Assembly (NCBI RefSeq): GCF_006345805.1
Contig: NW_021833954.1
Location: 1 to 52,427, forward strand
DNA length: 52,427 bases
Reading direction: 5' to 3'
Source: Octopus sinensis
Lineage: Eukaryota
The notes beneath the pieces were generated by a model. The model had not been told where the DNA came from and did no database searches. It was given only the letters and a program-made list of their open reading frames with translations. Positions 24,052 to 36,792 of the stretch are shown one piece after another. Numbering within the stretch: the first letter of the stretch is position 1; each line of letters starts with the position of its first letter. The translations under genes were made by a program, and so were the position numbers.

Positions 24052-24162
24052 TTGAGGACGTAATCTAGGAATAAACCTAACACATTAAACCTAATACATT
24101 GAAAGAAAAAAACAGCACATAACAAATAACAGGCAAACAACTCTTTGGAACAAATACAAATG

Positions 24163-24318
24163 TCACTTAGCGGTTCGGCAAAAGAGACCGATAGAATAAG
24201 TACTGGGCTTACAAAGAATAAGTCCCAGGGTCGATTTGCTCGACTAAAGGCGGTGCTCCAGCATGGCCACAGTTAAATGACTGAAACAAGTAAAAGAGTA
24301 AAAGAAAGAGTAAAGAGT
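24163..24318 (+). mobile_element. SINE-A 3' end
   Basis: ACTTAGCGGTTCGGCAAAAGAGACCG...GTAAAAGAGTAAA tail. Confidence 0.88.
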
Positions 24319-24319
24319 A

Positions 24320-25305
24320 CTGTCCAACAAAAATCGAAACAAAATAACACAAATAAAAATATGACTAAAAGGAAAATGGAAGAAAATAATTTTTGAAGTT
24401 GGAAAATATGAACATGACACCGAATATATTGCCCATGGATAAAACTCGACGGTGAAATGACAAGAAAAAAAAGGAAAGAAATGAACACAAATTTAGCCTT
24501 AGCAGATTTTATGAAAACAGATACGAACATAAATGTTCCTATGTTAAACGAAATCATATATAAATTAGCGGCAGTACTTACAAAAGTAGGTGATATTCAT
24601 TCAGATTTACTCATATTTGAGAATCAAATGCCAAACAAGTAACCTAAAAATCAAATAAAAAGCTAGAATATAAAATATTTCTTAATCTTTAAGGAAATAA
24701 ATAGCATAAAAGTAAAAAAAGAAAACATCACAAAGAAAATATGGGAAAAGAAACAAATATTATAGAAATATAAAACAAGAGAGTTCTTGTAGGGGTTGGA
24801 GAGTATGGATAGTGAAAGGATCATCACGGACGAGATTGTTCAAAACTACGAACACGTCATCCGAACAATGGTGGAGATCATGTCAGTACAATAATTGAAA
24901 AAAATATTAATAAATAAAATAACAAGATATCCAAGAAATGATAAAATCCTAGAACTTTTGATCAAAATATTTCACTGCCACACATAAAGTTCTTGCAGAA
25001 GTGTCTAATAGCATATTGAAATAGCATTAATAAAAGATGTAGTGAAGATGTAGAACAGTAAATAGCAAACAGTTTTACTGATATAGAAAAAGAAAAGAAT
25101 TATAAAAACAAGGCTACTCTATTAAAAGAGGAATGTTCCAAGGACTGCCTCTTTCCACTTCTTTTCTTCCTGACACAAACACATTTAAAGAAATTGTGAA
25201 ACCAGACTAGACTCGAATACAATTGCTATGGGGGGACAATTAAATAAATTTTGTATATGGATGACCTCAAGTCGTACACTGCCGAAGATAAACAACTAGA
25301 AACTC
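24320..25305 (+). pseudogene. Highly decayed R4/Dong-like reverse transcriptase fragment
   Basis: IKRGMFQG(D)CLFPLLF at about 25121 and YMDDLKSY at 25254 (R4-type YMDDLK motif); the 5' boundary is uncertain. Confidence 0.65.
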
Positions 25306-25734
25306 CTTTCTTGTCTGAATTTAATAAAGTAAGAAATTATTGAAGTCTAGTGTCCTCATCTTGATTGTTAGAATTACAATATTTCGGTCATGGTAACTTC
25401 CAGCCTTCTTCAAGTGTTTGCTGTATTCAATAGCATTCTCGGAATTTTGAACTGAACAGAAATTGTTGAGAATCTAAAAACTAATCTGAAATATGATTTT
25501 TAAAAATATCATTAAAAACCCAGGGTAAAAAAAATGCCACTACTTGGCTAATACCTAAAAATAAATAAGTAAATAAAACAGGTTAAAGGTGTGCAACGAA
25601 CGGAATACATTAACTTTAGAATGCTTGGGGGTTGGGGAAAACAATTAACCATATTGTTTCTGTCCAATCTAATCCAGGTAGCATGACAGATGTAGGGCTT
25701 TCATACGTAGCAAAACTTGTCAGTATCTATATTA

Positions 25735-25952
25735 ACCAGACTATCGGATGTTTTTATACACCGCTGTTCACAACGTGCTTCCTCAAGCGAAACTCCAGTC
25801 CATCGCAGGGTTATCCATTTACAGCTGAGTGGACTGGAGCAACATAAAATGAAGCGTCTTGCTCAAGAGTAAACATATCGCATGTCTGGAAATGGAAACC
25901 ACAATCTTACAATCATGAGTGCAACACCCCCAACCACTAGGCTATGCGCCTT
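25735..25952 (-). mobile_element. Diverged SINE-D
   Basis: Head AAGGCGCATAGCCTAGTGGTT; core TTGCTCCAGTCCACTCAGCTG. Confidence 0.7.
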
Positions 25953-25964
25953 CAATTAATATTG

Positions 25965-26545
25965 ATTTCAAATTTTGGCACAGGGCTAGCAATTTCGGGG
26001 GAGAGGGTAAGCCGATTAGATCGACTTCAGTGCTCAACTGGTACTTATTTTATTGAGCCCGAAAGGATGAAAGGTAAAGTTGACCTCAGCGGAATTTGAA
26101 CTCAGAACGTAAATGCCTCTAAGCATTGTGCCCGGTATGCTAACGATTCTTTTCTACTCTAAGCATAAGGCCCGAAATTTTTGGGGAGGGGGTCCAGTCG
26201 ATTAGATATACCCCAGTATGCAACTGGTACTTAATTTATCGACCCCGAAAAGATGAAAGGCAAAGTTGACCTCGGTGGAATTTGAGCTCAGAACGTAGCG
26301 GCAGACAAAATACCTATTTCTTTACTACCGACAAGGAGCTAAACACAGAGAGGACAAACAAGGACAGACAAACGGATTAAGTCGATTATATCGACCCCAG
26401 TGTGTAACTGGTACTTAATTTATCGACCTCGAAAGGATGAAAGGCAAAGCTGACCTCGGCGGAATTTGAACTCAGAACATAAAGACAGACACAATACCGC
26501 TAAGAATTTCGCCAGCGTGCTAACGATTCTGCCATCCTGCTGCCT
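25965..26545 (-). mobile_element. Cluster of three SINE-B units (tandem or nested) with different tails
   Basis: Three repeats of GGTACTT..TTTATCGACCCCGAAAGGATGAAAGG. Confidence 0.85.
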
Positions 26546-26769
26546 TGCGCCTTCAATTGATTCTAACAAGAACCAATATACTAGTGACGTCTTTAGTTTC
26601 GTTGCACCAAGAGCCTTTCTTTGTCAAAACTTTATAATAGCTCTTCTCTATTCCTTTCCTTTCTTATTCAAAGGATGTGTTTCAATTAAATTTGTAAATT
26701 CATTAATGGTCGTAAATCAGCCCTGCTTTTGCTTACATTCAAATCAATGGGATTAATTTAACTCTCTTG

Positions 26770-27096
26770 AGAATAAATAACTTATACACCCAATTCACAT
26801 GAAAAAACAATATTTAAGTTAGTGTTAACATATTTAATGCTTTAAGAATTAAAAGGCTAACTAGAATAATTAAGCCGTAACAAAAAAAAATATTAGTCAC
26901 TAACTAATATTATTTCAATTATATCGACAAATATAACACGAAGGGCAACACCTGATATATTACGTTGTCATGAGTTGATCAGCATTGTATAGTATTTCTA
27001 GTTAATTTTTTTTCCAAATGCTAACTATTTTAAATTTGTTAACACTAACTAAACTAATGTTTTTCATGTGGATGGAGTCTCTGAGTTATTTATTCT
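26770..27096. mobile_element. Degenerate MITE with long imperfect TIRs
   Basis: AGAATAAATAAC...CACATGAAAAA...AGTTAGTGTTAACA is mirrored at 27030-27096. Confidence 0.65.
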
Positions 27097-27338
27097 GTAA
27101 ACAATTATATTGTTTTACGCCAAGCCATTGTATAATCATAGATTTACTCAGTGATTCATGTATCACTGCTGCAGCAAGATGAGTGACGTCTGTGCTTCAC
27201 TGACGAGGCAATAATAATAGTCTGTATTTGCTGAAATAATATGCAAGCATGTATGCATGTATGCGTGTATGTATGTATGTATGTATGTATGTATGTATGT
27301 ATGTATGTATGTATGTATATATGTATGTATGTATGTAT

Positions 27339-27729
27339 GAGGAACTCTTGAGAGTCAACGGCCATCCAATAAATGTCTTAAGGCTGTATCATGCGCGGGA
27401 ACATAGAAATAATCGAACTGAATACCCGATCGCGCGGTTAAACCACTGGAAGTGAAGGACTCCTAGCCTTTTTAGGGCATCCTTCAAGGAGAAGGTAACT
27501 CAGGTAACTGGGATAACTCCAACATAAAACCTGCGGCTCTGTGGTTACCAATAATGTTGACTTGTTCTTCTTTTCGGATTATGGGTGCTGTTGCTTAGTG
27601 AGTGAGATTGACTCAGTGCACAGCTTTTCCTCACTTAAAAAAAGATCTTCTTGCACAGGCATTGCACGATAACAACATTGATTAAGCTTCGTGTAATGGC
27701 CATACTCGAAAACGAGGGGGCAGCCACCA
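27339..27729 (+). mobile_element. Probable non-autonomous LINE-derived element in (TATG)n
   Basis: Ends GGCCATACTCGAAAACGAGGGGGCAGCC, a hairpin typical of RTE/Zenon-type 3' ends; flanked on both sides by (TATG)n. Confidence 0.45.
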
Positions 27730-27894
27730 TGTATGTATGTATGTATGTATATATGTATGCATGTATGTATGAATGGATGGATGGATGTACGTATGGGTGG
27801 ATGTACGTAGGTATGGATGCATGTAAAGGTACATGTATATATGTTTGCATGTAAAGTGTGTCTCGGCATGTATGTATACATGTGTGTATTTATA

Positions 27895-28420
27895 TTTTCT
27901 CTTCTACTTTTAGTTAATTGAAATCTTCCTGTAAGGAAGGAACTGGTTTCTAACAAAGATACTCAACTCCAATACTGGAATGTAGATAATGAAAATAAAT
28001 TTAACTTGAGAAAAATTTCGCGCATTTTTACTGTTCCGTTTACAGATAGTATTTGTAAGCTACCTGTTCTGTGGCTGATTTTTTTTTTCTGAAAACCCTA
28101 ACTTTTCCAGATTGACATTTAGACATTTACCAACATAATAAATGTATCTGTTATTGGTATAAATGTGAATAATAATCTGAATTCATTTATTATCTTTCTC
28201 TTTGATCTTCAGAGAGACATTTGTGTCAGCAGGGCAGCTTACCTCTATGACAGTACATACTCTTTCTAGTCTGTCCCAAACGAGTATATCCAGTTTGTTT
28301 TGTTTTTACTTAGTAGAAACTTCGATGAAAATATTCCTCTAATATTCCTTGTTTCGATGTTTATTGATATATTCAATAACAGAGGAATGCTCTACATTTT
28401 CCAAGCACAGTCTTATATTT
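27895..28420 (-). mobile_element. R4/Dong-like LINE 3' end (RLE endonuclease), copy 1
   Basis: Minus strand NKLDILVWDRLERVCTVIEVSCPADTNVSLKIKEKD fits the PD-(D/E)xK RLE region. Confidence 0.8.
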
Positions 28421-28445
28421 ATACGTATAAACGTATGTACGTATG

Positions 28446-29488
28446 TCCTCTTCTATTTTTAATTATTTAAATTCTGCTTCCTCAGAAGGAGCTGGTTTCT
28501 AACAAAGATACAAATCTCCATCATTGGAATGTAGGTAACAAAAAACAATGTCGCATTTTAAACTTAAGACAGTCTGAAAGACCTAGCTTATCCAGGTTGT
28601 CATTTAGGCATTTACTCGCAAAACCATGTACATCAATTTTTATAGGTATAAATGTGAATTTATAATCAGGATACGGAAGCTAGAGATTTCGAAGCAGTTG
28701 TCCATAATTATGATCTTTCTCTTTGTTTTTCAAAGATATTCATATCAGCAGGACAGCTGACCTCTTTGACACTACATGCTTTTTTGTCTGTTCCAAACAA
28801 TATCCACTCTGTTATGTTTACACTTGACATATAATTTTATGGGAATGTTCCACCAGTTTTTCTTGTGTTAATGTTTGTGTATATGTTTTCAATAACAGGG
28901 AGATTCCCTATATTTATTCCAGGACAGCCTTTCTTCTGAATGGCATAGTACATAGTGTTTGCGACAATGTCGAGTTGCATGGGGAAATTATACTTTGATC
29001 ACATTTTTGGACATGTGTGATGCCTTCCACAGTAATATGATGTAATCTACATTTTCTGTTGCATCTTGGAGCTCCAAGGACTTCACTGTCACTATTTATG
29101 AGGTATAACCTCGCAGTCTCCTGTTCTTGGATTGCAAATACGTAAGATAATGCTGTCTTCACTTTTCAGCACTAAATTACTGTATCAATTTTTGCTGCTA
29201 TTGTTTAACAAGTGCTGTCTAAAGGAGACTTCGAAGTCTGACTACACTCATTTCCAGCCTATATTCCTTTATCTCTTAAGTAGAGCCTGTCGATATAAAT
29301 ATTTCTGTGAGGATTCCCAGGTGATTCCCAGGTGATCTTGCTGGTTTTAATGTCTATGGAGTGGATTTCTTTTGCAGATCAGTCAAGCATCTCAGGTAGT
29401 GGAATCAGCAGTGGCACAGAAAATGCATTGTGGGATATTGTATTGTTATAAGAGAAGAGTCCCGACTGCTATATTTTTCTAAGTCTGA
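28446..29488 (-). mobile_element. R4/Dong-like LINE 3' portion (CCHC plus RLE), copy 2
   Basis: Minus strand YVFAIQEQE...KCRL..EGITH; WWNIPIK..KHNRVDI..EVSCPADMNI..EKD.NYGQLLRNL..YPDYKFTFIPI. Confidence 0.85.
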
Positions 29489-29575
29489 CATATGTATGTA
29501 AGTATGTATATATGTATTAATACTTAGAAAGCGAGAAACATAAAGAAAGGAGTGAACAAGTCATTTTAGAATTTC

Positions 29576-29713
29576 AATTTATAACTGTTTCATCTTAAGT
29601 CAATACAGTCAATCTTACGATATTATGTAATAATTAATGCAACTGCTGATTACTTTCCATGTGCTATTCAGGATAGGTTTAATAAAACATGCTTAGTAAG
29701 ATTCTTCAGAACT
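29576..29713 (-). ncRNA. Type-I hammerhead relic with long stem II
   Basis: agtt-CTGAAGA-atctta...taagat-GAAA-CAGTTA-TA-aatt. Confidence 0.5.
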
Positions 29714-30617
29714 GCGAATAAAATAATATGCTGTACAAGCTCAAAGTTCACTGAATATATATATATATACACACATATCTTATATGCATTTACATGGATA
29801 GATCAATCAATCGATAAATAGATAGACAGATAGACAGATAGATAGATACATACATCCATACGCACACATACATACATACATACATGTATGCATACCTACA
29901 TACATACATACATGCATGCATACATACTTACATACACGCATACATATTCCTGTATATATAAGCACATTCAAACACAAAAATACACAAACATCACATATAC
30001 ATTCGCATGCGTGTGCTTATATGTATGAATATATACATGTTATATATATATATAATATATATATATATATATTATATATATATATATGGCCACAGCTCAT
30101 GAGCTGAAACTAGAATCAATCATATATATATATATATATTATATATATATATATATATATGCATACATGGGAAAACAATGGTAATATTTTTAAATAGTAA
30201 TTCCGGATGATAACAAATTTAACAATATCTTAGCAAAATACTTTTTCGAGGATAATATTTTTTCTCGCGAATTGTTTGCCACCGTATAGAGAGTATATTT
30301 TTTTACTGGTGACTGTAATTTGAATTCGGCGCAAAACGAATGAGTTACAGCGCAGATTTCGATACGAGTAGTTGGGGCCGCTTATCGTGGTAAAACGTAC
30401 TGAAGACGTTAAGGTAATTTATGTAAATGAATTAATTTATTTATTTTGCCAGTACAGAAACCGGTTCACGTGGATCCTTTTGCTTAAATGTACGTTGAGA
30501 GATTTTATTAACCTAACCTGCTTTCGTTTGATTTCTGTAGTTATCATCAGTGTATTTTTGGCGATTTAAATAAGAGCTTTGACTGCTATTTCTAGCAGGC
30601 AGACATACTTAGTATGT

Positions 30618-30760
30618 CAAGTAGCTTGCTTACGAACCATATGGTTCCGAGTTCAGTCCCACTGCATGGCACCTTGGGCAAAATGTCTTCTATTATAGTC
30701 TCGAGCCGACCAAAGCCTTATGAGTTGATTTGGTAGACGGAAACTGAAAGAATCCCGTCG

Positions 30761-30834
<74 letters not shown>

Positions 30835-31043
30835 TGTGTCTGTGTTTGTCCCCCCCCCAACATCGCTTAACAACCGATGCTGGTGTGTTTACATACCTGT
30901 AACTTAGCGGTTCGGCAAAGAGACCGATAGAATAAGTACTAGGCTTACAAAGAATAAGTCCTGGGGTCAATTTGCTCGACTAAGAGGCGGTGCTCTAGCA
31001 TTGCCGCAGCCAAATGACTGAAGCAAGTAAACGAGTAAGAGAG
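30618..31043 (+). mobile_element. SINE-A
   Basis: Family motifs with internal (TA)n(TG)n. Confidence 0.9.
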
Positions 31044-31131
31044 TATAAATATATATATATCTACGCGCGCACATACACATACACACACACATGCACATGT
31101 TTATGTATACGTGTATGATAATTTGAGGTTA

Positions 31132-31436
31132 CAGTAATCCCTCGACTATCACAGGTGTTACGTTCCAAAATCCTCGCGATAGGTGAAAATATGCGAAGTA
31201 GAAACAGTACTGTACGGTATATTTTTTTCATTATTTGTATAATTTGTATATATTTATTTTATTATAAATGCGAAACAACACCACCGAGAAATCGACGTAA
31301 GATTAAATAATAAAGCGCGATAGGTGAACCGCGATAGGTGAACCGCGATATTGAACCGCGATAGGTGAACCGCGATAGGTGGAACCGCGATAGGTGGACC
31401 GCGATAGGTTAGCCGCGATATGGCGAGGGATTACTG
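31132..31436. mobile_element. Tigger/pogo-like MITE with an internal 14-bp tandem array
   Basis: TIRs CAGTAATCCCTCG / CGAGGGATTACTG; (ACCGCGATAGGTGA)n at 31316-31420. Confidence 0.8.
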
Positions 31437-32312
31437 CATTTTCTTTTTATATTGTACATGTATAAGTCAGTTGCTACTCCCGATTGAACCACTTTTCATT
31501 TACGATGTCAATGTCCTTCGCAATGTTACAAAAACTCGATTTCCCCGCCCCTATTGCCGCTCTTTTGTAAATCTAATTTTCTACATTTGTAAAATAAATC
31601 ATAAGTTCATATGATATGGGCATCTTGTTACTGTGCTATGCACTCAACGAAGAAACTCCATGATTCGACTCCAATTCCCTAATGGTATCAATTTACTTAC
31701 ACTATACTAGGAGATATAGAAACAATAGAATGTCCCAACAAGGAAATTTGAGTCAGCATAGAAGTCCTTAAGCGGCATCAAAACTTGCGAGAAGTACTTC
31801 CCAGATCTCACTAAAATCGTCCTCTACTGTCTTAACCCTTTGATAGCGGAAAGTGCAAACATCTGCTCGGTATTTTAACGCCGTAAACTGCGGAAAGCGG
31901 TTCTACCCAATGGATTTTAAAAAGACCTCTAATGCTTCGAGAAGCAGATGCACTACCAGTGATAATTTTACAAAATACATCTTTTGCGGATTTTGGTTAG
32001 GGAGGTGGACTTATGATCGCAAGATTGTGTTTCGATTCTTGCACCGGGCGATGCGAGACGTTCTTGAGCAAAGCACTTCATTTTACGTTGCTCCAGTCTA
32101 TCCAGCTTTCAAAAATGAATATTCTTTCCAGGCCCTGATAAAGACCCATTGTGGCCCCAAGCCCTTAAAAGGTTTTAGTACCCTCAAGTATATGTAAATG
32201 GTTCAAAATGAAAACGATAATAAACCAGAAAATAAATTTTTATCTTTCAAAATGAAACGAAATTCACAAAATCGAAAATAATGCTTATTTTTGTATGTTT
32301 CCGCTTTATTTA

Positions 32313-32706
32313 TACTCTTTTACTCTTTTAATTGTTTCAGTCATTTGACTGCGGCCATGCAGGAGCACCGCTTTTAGTCGAGCAAATCGACCCCAGAGCT
32401 TATTCTTTGTAAGCCTAGTACTAATTCTATCTATCTCTTTTGCCGAACCGCTAAGTTACGGGGACGTTAAAACACCAGCATCGGTTGTCAAGCGACGTTG
32501 GGGGAACAAACACAGACACACAAAATATAAACACATATACATATATATATACATATACGATGGGCTTTTTTCAGTTTCCGTCTACCAAATCCACTCACAA
32601 GGCTTTGGTCGGCCCAAGGCTATAGTAGAAGATACTTGCCCAAAGTGCCACGCAGTGGGACTGAACCGGGACCATATGGTTGCTAAGCAAGCTACTCCTA
32701 CGCCTA
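32313..32706 (-). mobile_element. SINE-A
   Basis: Family motifs. Confidence 0.9.
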
Positions 32707-32865
32707 TATATAAAAAGGGTTTTTGTTAATTGCAAACTGTTCGATGATATCATTGAAATTAATTTTACATAAAACATCTGCTTCTATACTTAGAGATAAG
32801 GAATTACGAATATTATTTTAGCAAGTTTAAAGTGATTTCTTTCGTGCCGTAAACTATTTTCATTT

Positions 32866-33098
32866 CTTATTTCTTTATTGCCCACAAGGGGCTAAACATA
32901 GAGGGGACAAACAAGTACAAACAAAGGGATTAAGTCGATTGCATCTACCCCAGTGTGTTACTGGTACTTAATTTATCGACCCCGAAAGGATGAAAGGCAA
33001 AGTCGACCTCGGCGGAATTTGAACTCAGAACGTAACAGTCCGAAATGCCGCTAAGCATCTCGCCCGGCGTGCTAACGGTTCTACCAGCTCGCCACCTT
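32866..33098 (-). mobile_element. SINE-B (Tx1-like tail)
   Basis: Minus-strand tail TTTAGCCCCTTGTGGGCAATAAAGAAAT. Confidence 0.9.
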
Positions 33099-33611
33099 CA
33101 ACCATTTTCATTTCTATGGTGCCCTCGCTCCTTGATGCCCTAAGCACGTGCTTATTTTGCTTAATGGGTTAATCCAGCGCTGATCCTTACAACGGACCAG
33201 CGTCCCGTTCAGTGGGGAGTATATGCTTCACAGAATCCGGGGAAACCGGCCATATGGGTCTATATTACACAAGAAGGAGGTCTATCTTTTTAGCGTAGTC
33301 AATCAACACCTGTTAGTGCGTATATTACTGGTACAAAGTTTATTTATAAAACTCCGTTCCACCAGCACTCAATAGGGATCTTATCCACTCAGAAGTGAAA
33401 TGCTGCAAATTAGGTACTACAGAGGCAAACTGGCCTTATCTCGTTAACGTTCGTGCAAACTTTGTCGCTTTACTCGCAAATGAATGAATAAATAAATAAA
33501 TAAATAAAAATAAGAAAGAAGAAAAAAAACAAACAAGGAAAAACAGAAAGAAAGGAAGAAAAAACTGTTTAAAAAGAAGGCGATTTAATTTTGTTGTTGT
33601 GACTGGCGGTG

Positions 33612-33697
33612 TTGATGATGATGGTAATGCTGATGACGACGATGACGACAGCGCTAATGATGATGTTAATGATGGTGATGATGATGATGATGATGAC

Positions 33698-33768
<71 letters not shown>

Positions 33769-33796
33769 CGATGATGATGACGACGATAATGATGAT

Positions 33797-33829
<33 letters not shown>

Positions 33830-33916
33830 GATGATGACGATGACGATGACGATGATGATGATGATGATGACGATGATGATGATGATGACGATGATGATGA
33901 CGATGATGATGATGAT

Positions 33917-33949
<33 letters not shown>

Positions 33950-34038
33950 GATGATGACGATGACGATGATGACGGTGATGACGACGACAATTATGACAAC
34001 GACGATGATGATGATGATGATGATGACGATGATGATAA
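33612..34038. repeat. About 430-bp (GAT/GAC)n compound trinucleotide repeat
   Basis: Direct inspection. Confidence 0.95.
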
Positions 34039-34157
34039 CGGTTTTTAACGACTACGATGGGGAAAAAATGGCTTTTAAGAGAAAGAGAGCGAGAGAGAGA
34101 GATTTATATAACCACTGAGGAAAATTGAATTATATAAATGTTCTCAATGTTACATAA

Positions 34158-34179
34158 GCTGCTGCTGCTGCTGCCGCCG

Positions 34180-34236
<57 letters not shown>

Positions 34237-34237
34237 T
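34158..34237. repeat. (GCT)n(GCC)n(TAC)n compound microsatellite
   Basis: Direct inspection. Confidence 0.9.
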
Positions 34238-34758
34238 TTTACAGTGAATCGAACTTTACAAAAAAAAAACAAAAAAAAACAAAAGAAACATTGTGAATAG
34301 AAAAAAAAGGTTAGCAGAGTGCAATTTAAGGAAATCTACACCCATTCTTAGAAATTCGTTATTCTTATCATCTCATAGCTTCAGTGGCGAGTGAAATGAG
34401 TTATGTGCGCATGGCTGGGCAGCCCATCCCTGAAGAGGGAACAGTAAGCTGGCAAGGCGTCTCTCAATCGGCTTAATTAAGTAACTCTAACACCCATTGT
34501 TTCTTAATTTCGTCGAGAAAAATAAATAAATGAATAAACGTGCGTACCCCACACCCTATCACACACACACACACACACACACAGCTCTTACGGGTGTATG
34601 TACGTATGTGTGCGTGTTTGTTGAGTGTATGTATATTTTGTGCTGGCTGTATTTTGTCACAGCATATGCATATTATGTACGTATATGTGTATATATCTAT
34701 CTATCTATCTATCTATCCAACCATCCATCCATCCATCCATCTATCCATCCATCCATCC

Positions 34759-34794
<36 letters not shown>

Positions 34795-35089
34795 GTCTAT
34801 CTGTCTGTCTGTCTGTCTATCTATCTGTCTGTCTGTCTGTTTGTCTGACTATGTACATATTTATATATAGGCAAACCAAAAATTAAAAACAACGAAATAA
34901 CAAAATAACAAAATAACACCAAAAGTGAAAAGGACACATGGAATGTATTAGGTTGGCGCTCAGTATAAGATGGAAAAAAAAACCCCTTCGAGTCAATAAC
35001 ACCGTTTACAAACTCTATGCTTAGAATGACCAATATTAAATAGTATTGGAACTTAATCACAAGGTACAAGAATCTTATATGCATAGCAT

Positions 35090-35330
35090 TCCGCCTAAAT
35101 AATGGAACTGAAGATACAATATACTTGCATAACTCACATCTATTTTCATTCCTCCACTTCACCCTCAATTTCATATCTTATCTAGAATAACTATTGCTTA
35201 ACTATTTTCTCACACCGTCTCCGATGAAGGGATATATAAAATATCCCGGAAACAGCTTTAAGACTTTCTATTTATAAATGTTGTGAAATCTTTCGCAGCC
35301 TTGGACTTTTATCTCATTCTGTTAATTTTT
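35090..35330 (+). mobile_element. Repeat family HC (hammerhead-bearing, Penelope-like)
   Basis: Homologous to 45130-45380. Confidence 0.65.
35217..35264 (+). ncRNA. Minimal type-I hammerhead ribozyme (two substitutions)
   Basis: gtct-CCGATGA-a-gggatat(ataaa)atatccc-g-GAAA-CAGCTT-TA-agac. Confidence 0.7.
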
Positions 35331-35482
35331 TTTATATATACATATGCTGATATATGACCTACGTTGGACTCCTCATTCTCATAATCACCGAACCTGGCGC
35401 TTAACTATAATATGTCCATAGCACTTACTCAGCATTACCTGACACCTTTGTGTCTTTTTGACACCATTACCTCTCATAACCT

Positions 35483-35568
<86 letters not shown>

Positions 35569-35907
35569 TATATATAGAGAGAGAGATAAATAGATAGATT
35601 TACATATACATACATATATATATATGTACGTACGTACTTATACATGTATTATCTTCTCAGTCTTCTCTGGGACCCCAACACTCTCCTCCCTATTACAACC
35701 GTCACCTTCTTCGACCTGATGCTATGTTCTCCACTATTGTGGTCATTAACCCTGCGTCGTCACGAATGTGAGAGCTCTGGTGTTCGGGAAGTCTTGCAGG
35801 AACGTCATTGCCACGTAATTATTAGCTGGTTGTTCCTTTTTATTTCACTAGTAATAGTGTACATTATACGAAAAGCTTTTCATATGTAACTATTTCTATA
35901 AGATTGA

Positions 35908-36110
35908 ATCTTTTATTTGTTTCAGTCATGCTTGAGGTACCACCTTGGAAGATTTAGTCGAACAAGTCGATCCAAGTACATTTTTTTTTAAGTATGGTAT
36001 TTATTTATCCTCTCTTTTGCAGAACAGCTAAGTTGCGCGAACGTAAAGCAATTATCATTGGTTGTCAAGCGGTGTTGAGAACGAAGAAACATACAAAGAC
36101 AAACATGCAA
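35908..36110 (-). mobile_element. Degenerate SINE-A 3' half
   Basis: Family motifs. Confidence 0.7.
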
Positions 36111-36145
36111 GCGCACACATACATACACACATATATATATAAATA

Positions 36146-36177
<32 letters not shown>

Positions 36178-36589
36178 ATCATATATAGTCTTCCATTTTT
36201 CCTGAGCGTCAAACTAATACCTCTTGTTTTGCTGTGCTTTTGTTTTTATCTATCTCTCTGGTTATAAAAATGGCATTCATTGAACCACTTCTAGATTTAA
36301 ATCCAAATTGAATTCCGTCGTTCGCTTTTTCAGTTTTATTTTTCAAGAATCAGAATTGAAATGCCGTTAAAGAAAAGACGCTTCCGATCGTTTGAGTACA
36401 CTGCTATTCTCTTGTATCCAGACTCTTAGACTCGTTCCTCTTTAATGGCCTGTCAATCTTGGAGATTCGTGATTCAGATTATTTCCCTTTCTTGGATTTG
36501 GCATAAGTTGCCACTAGGCGGCTGGTCTATTCCACCCCCACTCTCTCTCTGTCTCTTTCTCTACCTCTCATCTCTCTTTCCCTTTCACT

Positions 36590-36620
<31 letters not shown>

Positions 36621-36739
36621 CTGGAAGCGGAGTCAATTTCAATAAATCAAGAATTTATACCACGTTATTTAATATGCCCTTATTCACCTTTGTTGTATGT
36701 ACATACATGCATACATATGTGTGTGTACACACAAACACA

Positions 36740-36792
<53 letters not shown>

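Larger units (their letters stand above)
32129..33182. mobile_element. hAT-like MITE carrying two nested SINEs
   Basis: Ends CAGGCCCTGATAA / TAATCCAGCGCTG; imperfect 8-bp TSD ATTCTTTC / ATCCTTAC. Confidence 0.6.
31985..33285 (+). mobile_element. Diverged SINE-D split by a hAT-like MITE
   Basis: Head and core at 31985-32128; tail at 33190-33285 (GGACCAGCGTCCCGTTCAG...GGAAACCGGCC). Confidence 0.6.

Noticed and set aside
30515-30555. Minus-strand CTGATGA...GAAA
   Set aside because: Stems I and II do not pair.
31316-31420. CRISPR-like regular repeats
   Set aside because: No unique spacers, 14-bp units, inside a MITE, eukaryotic context.
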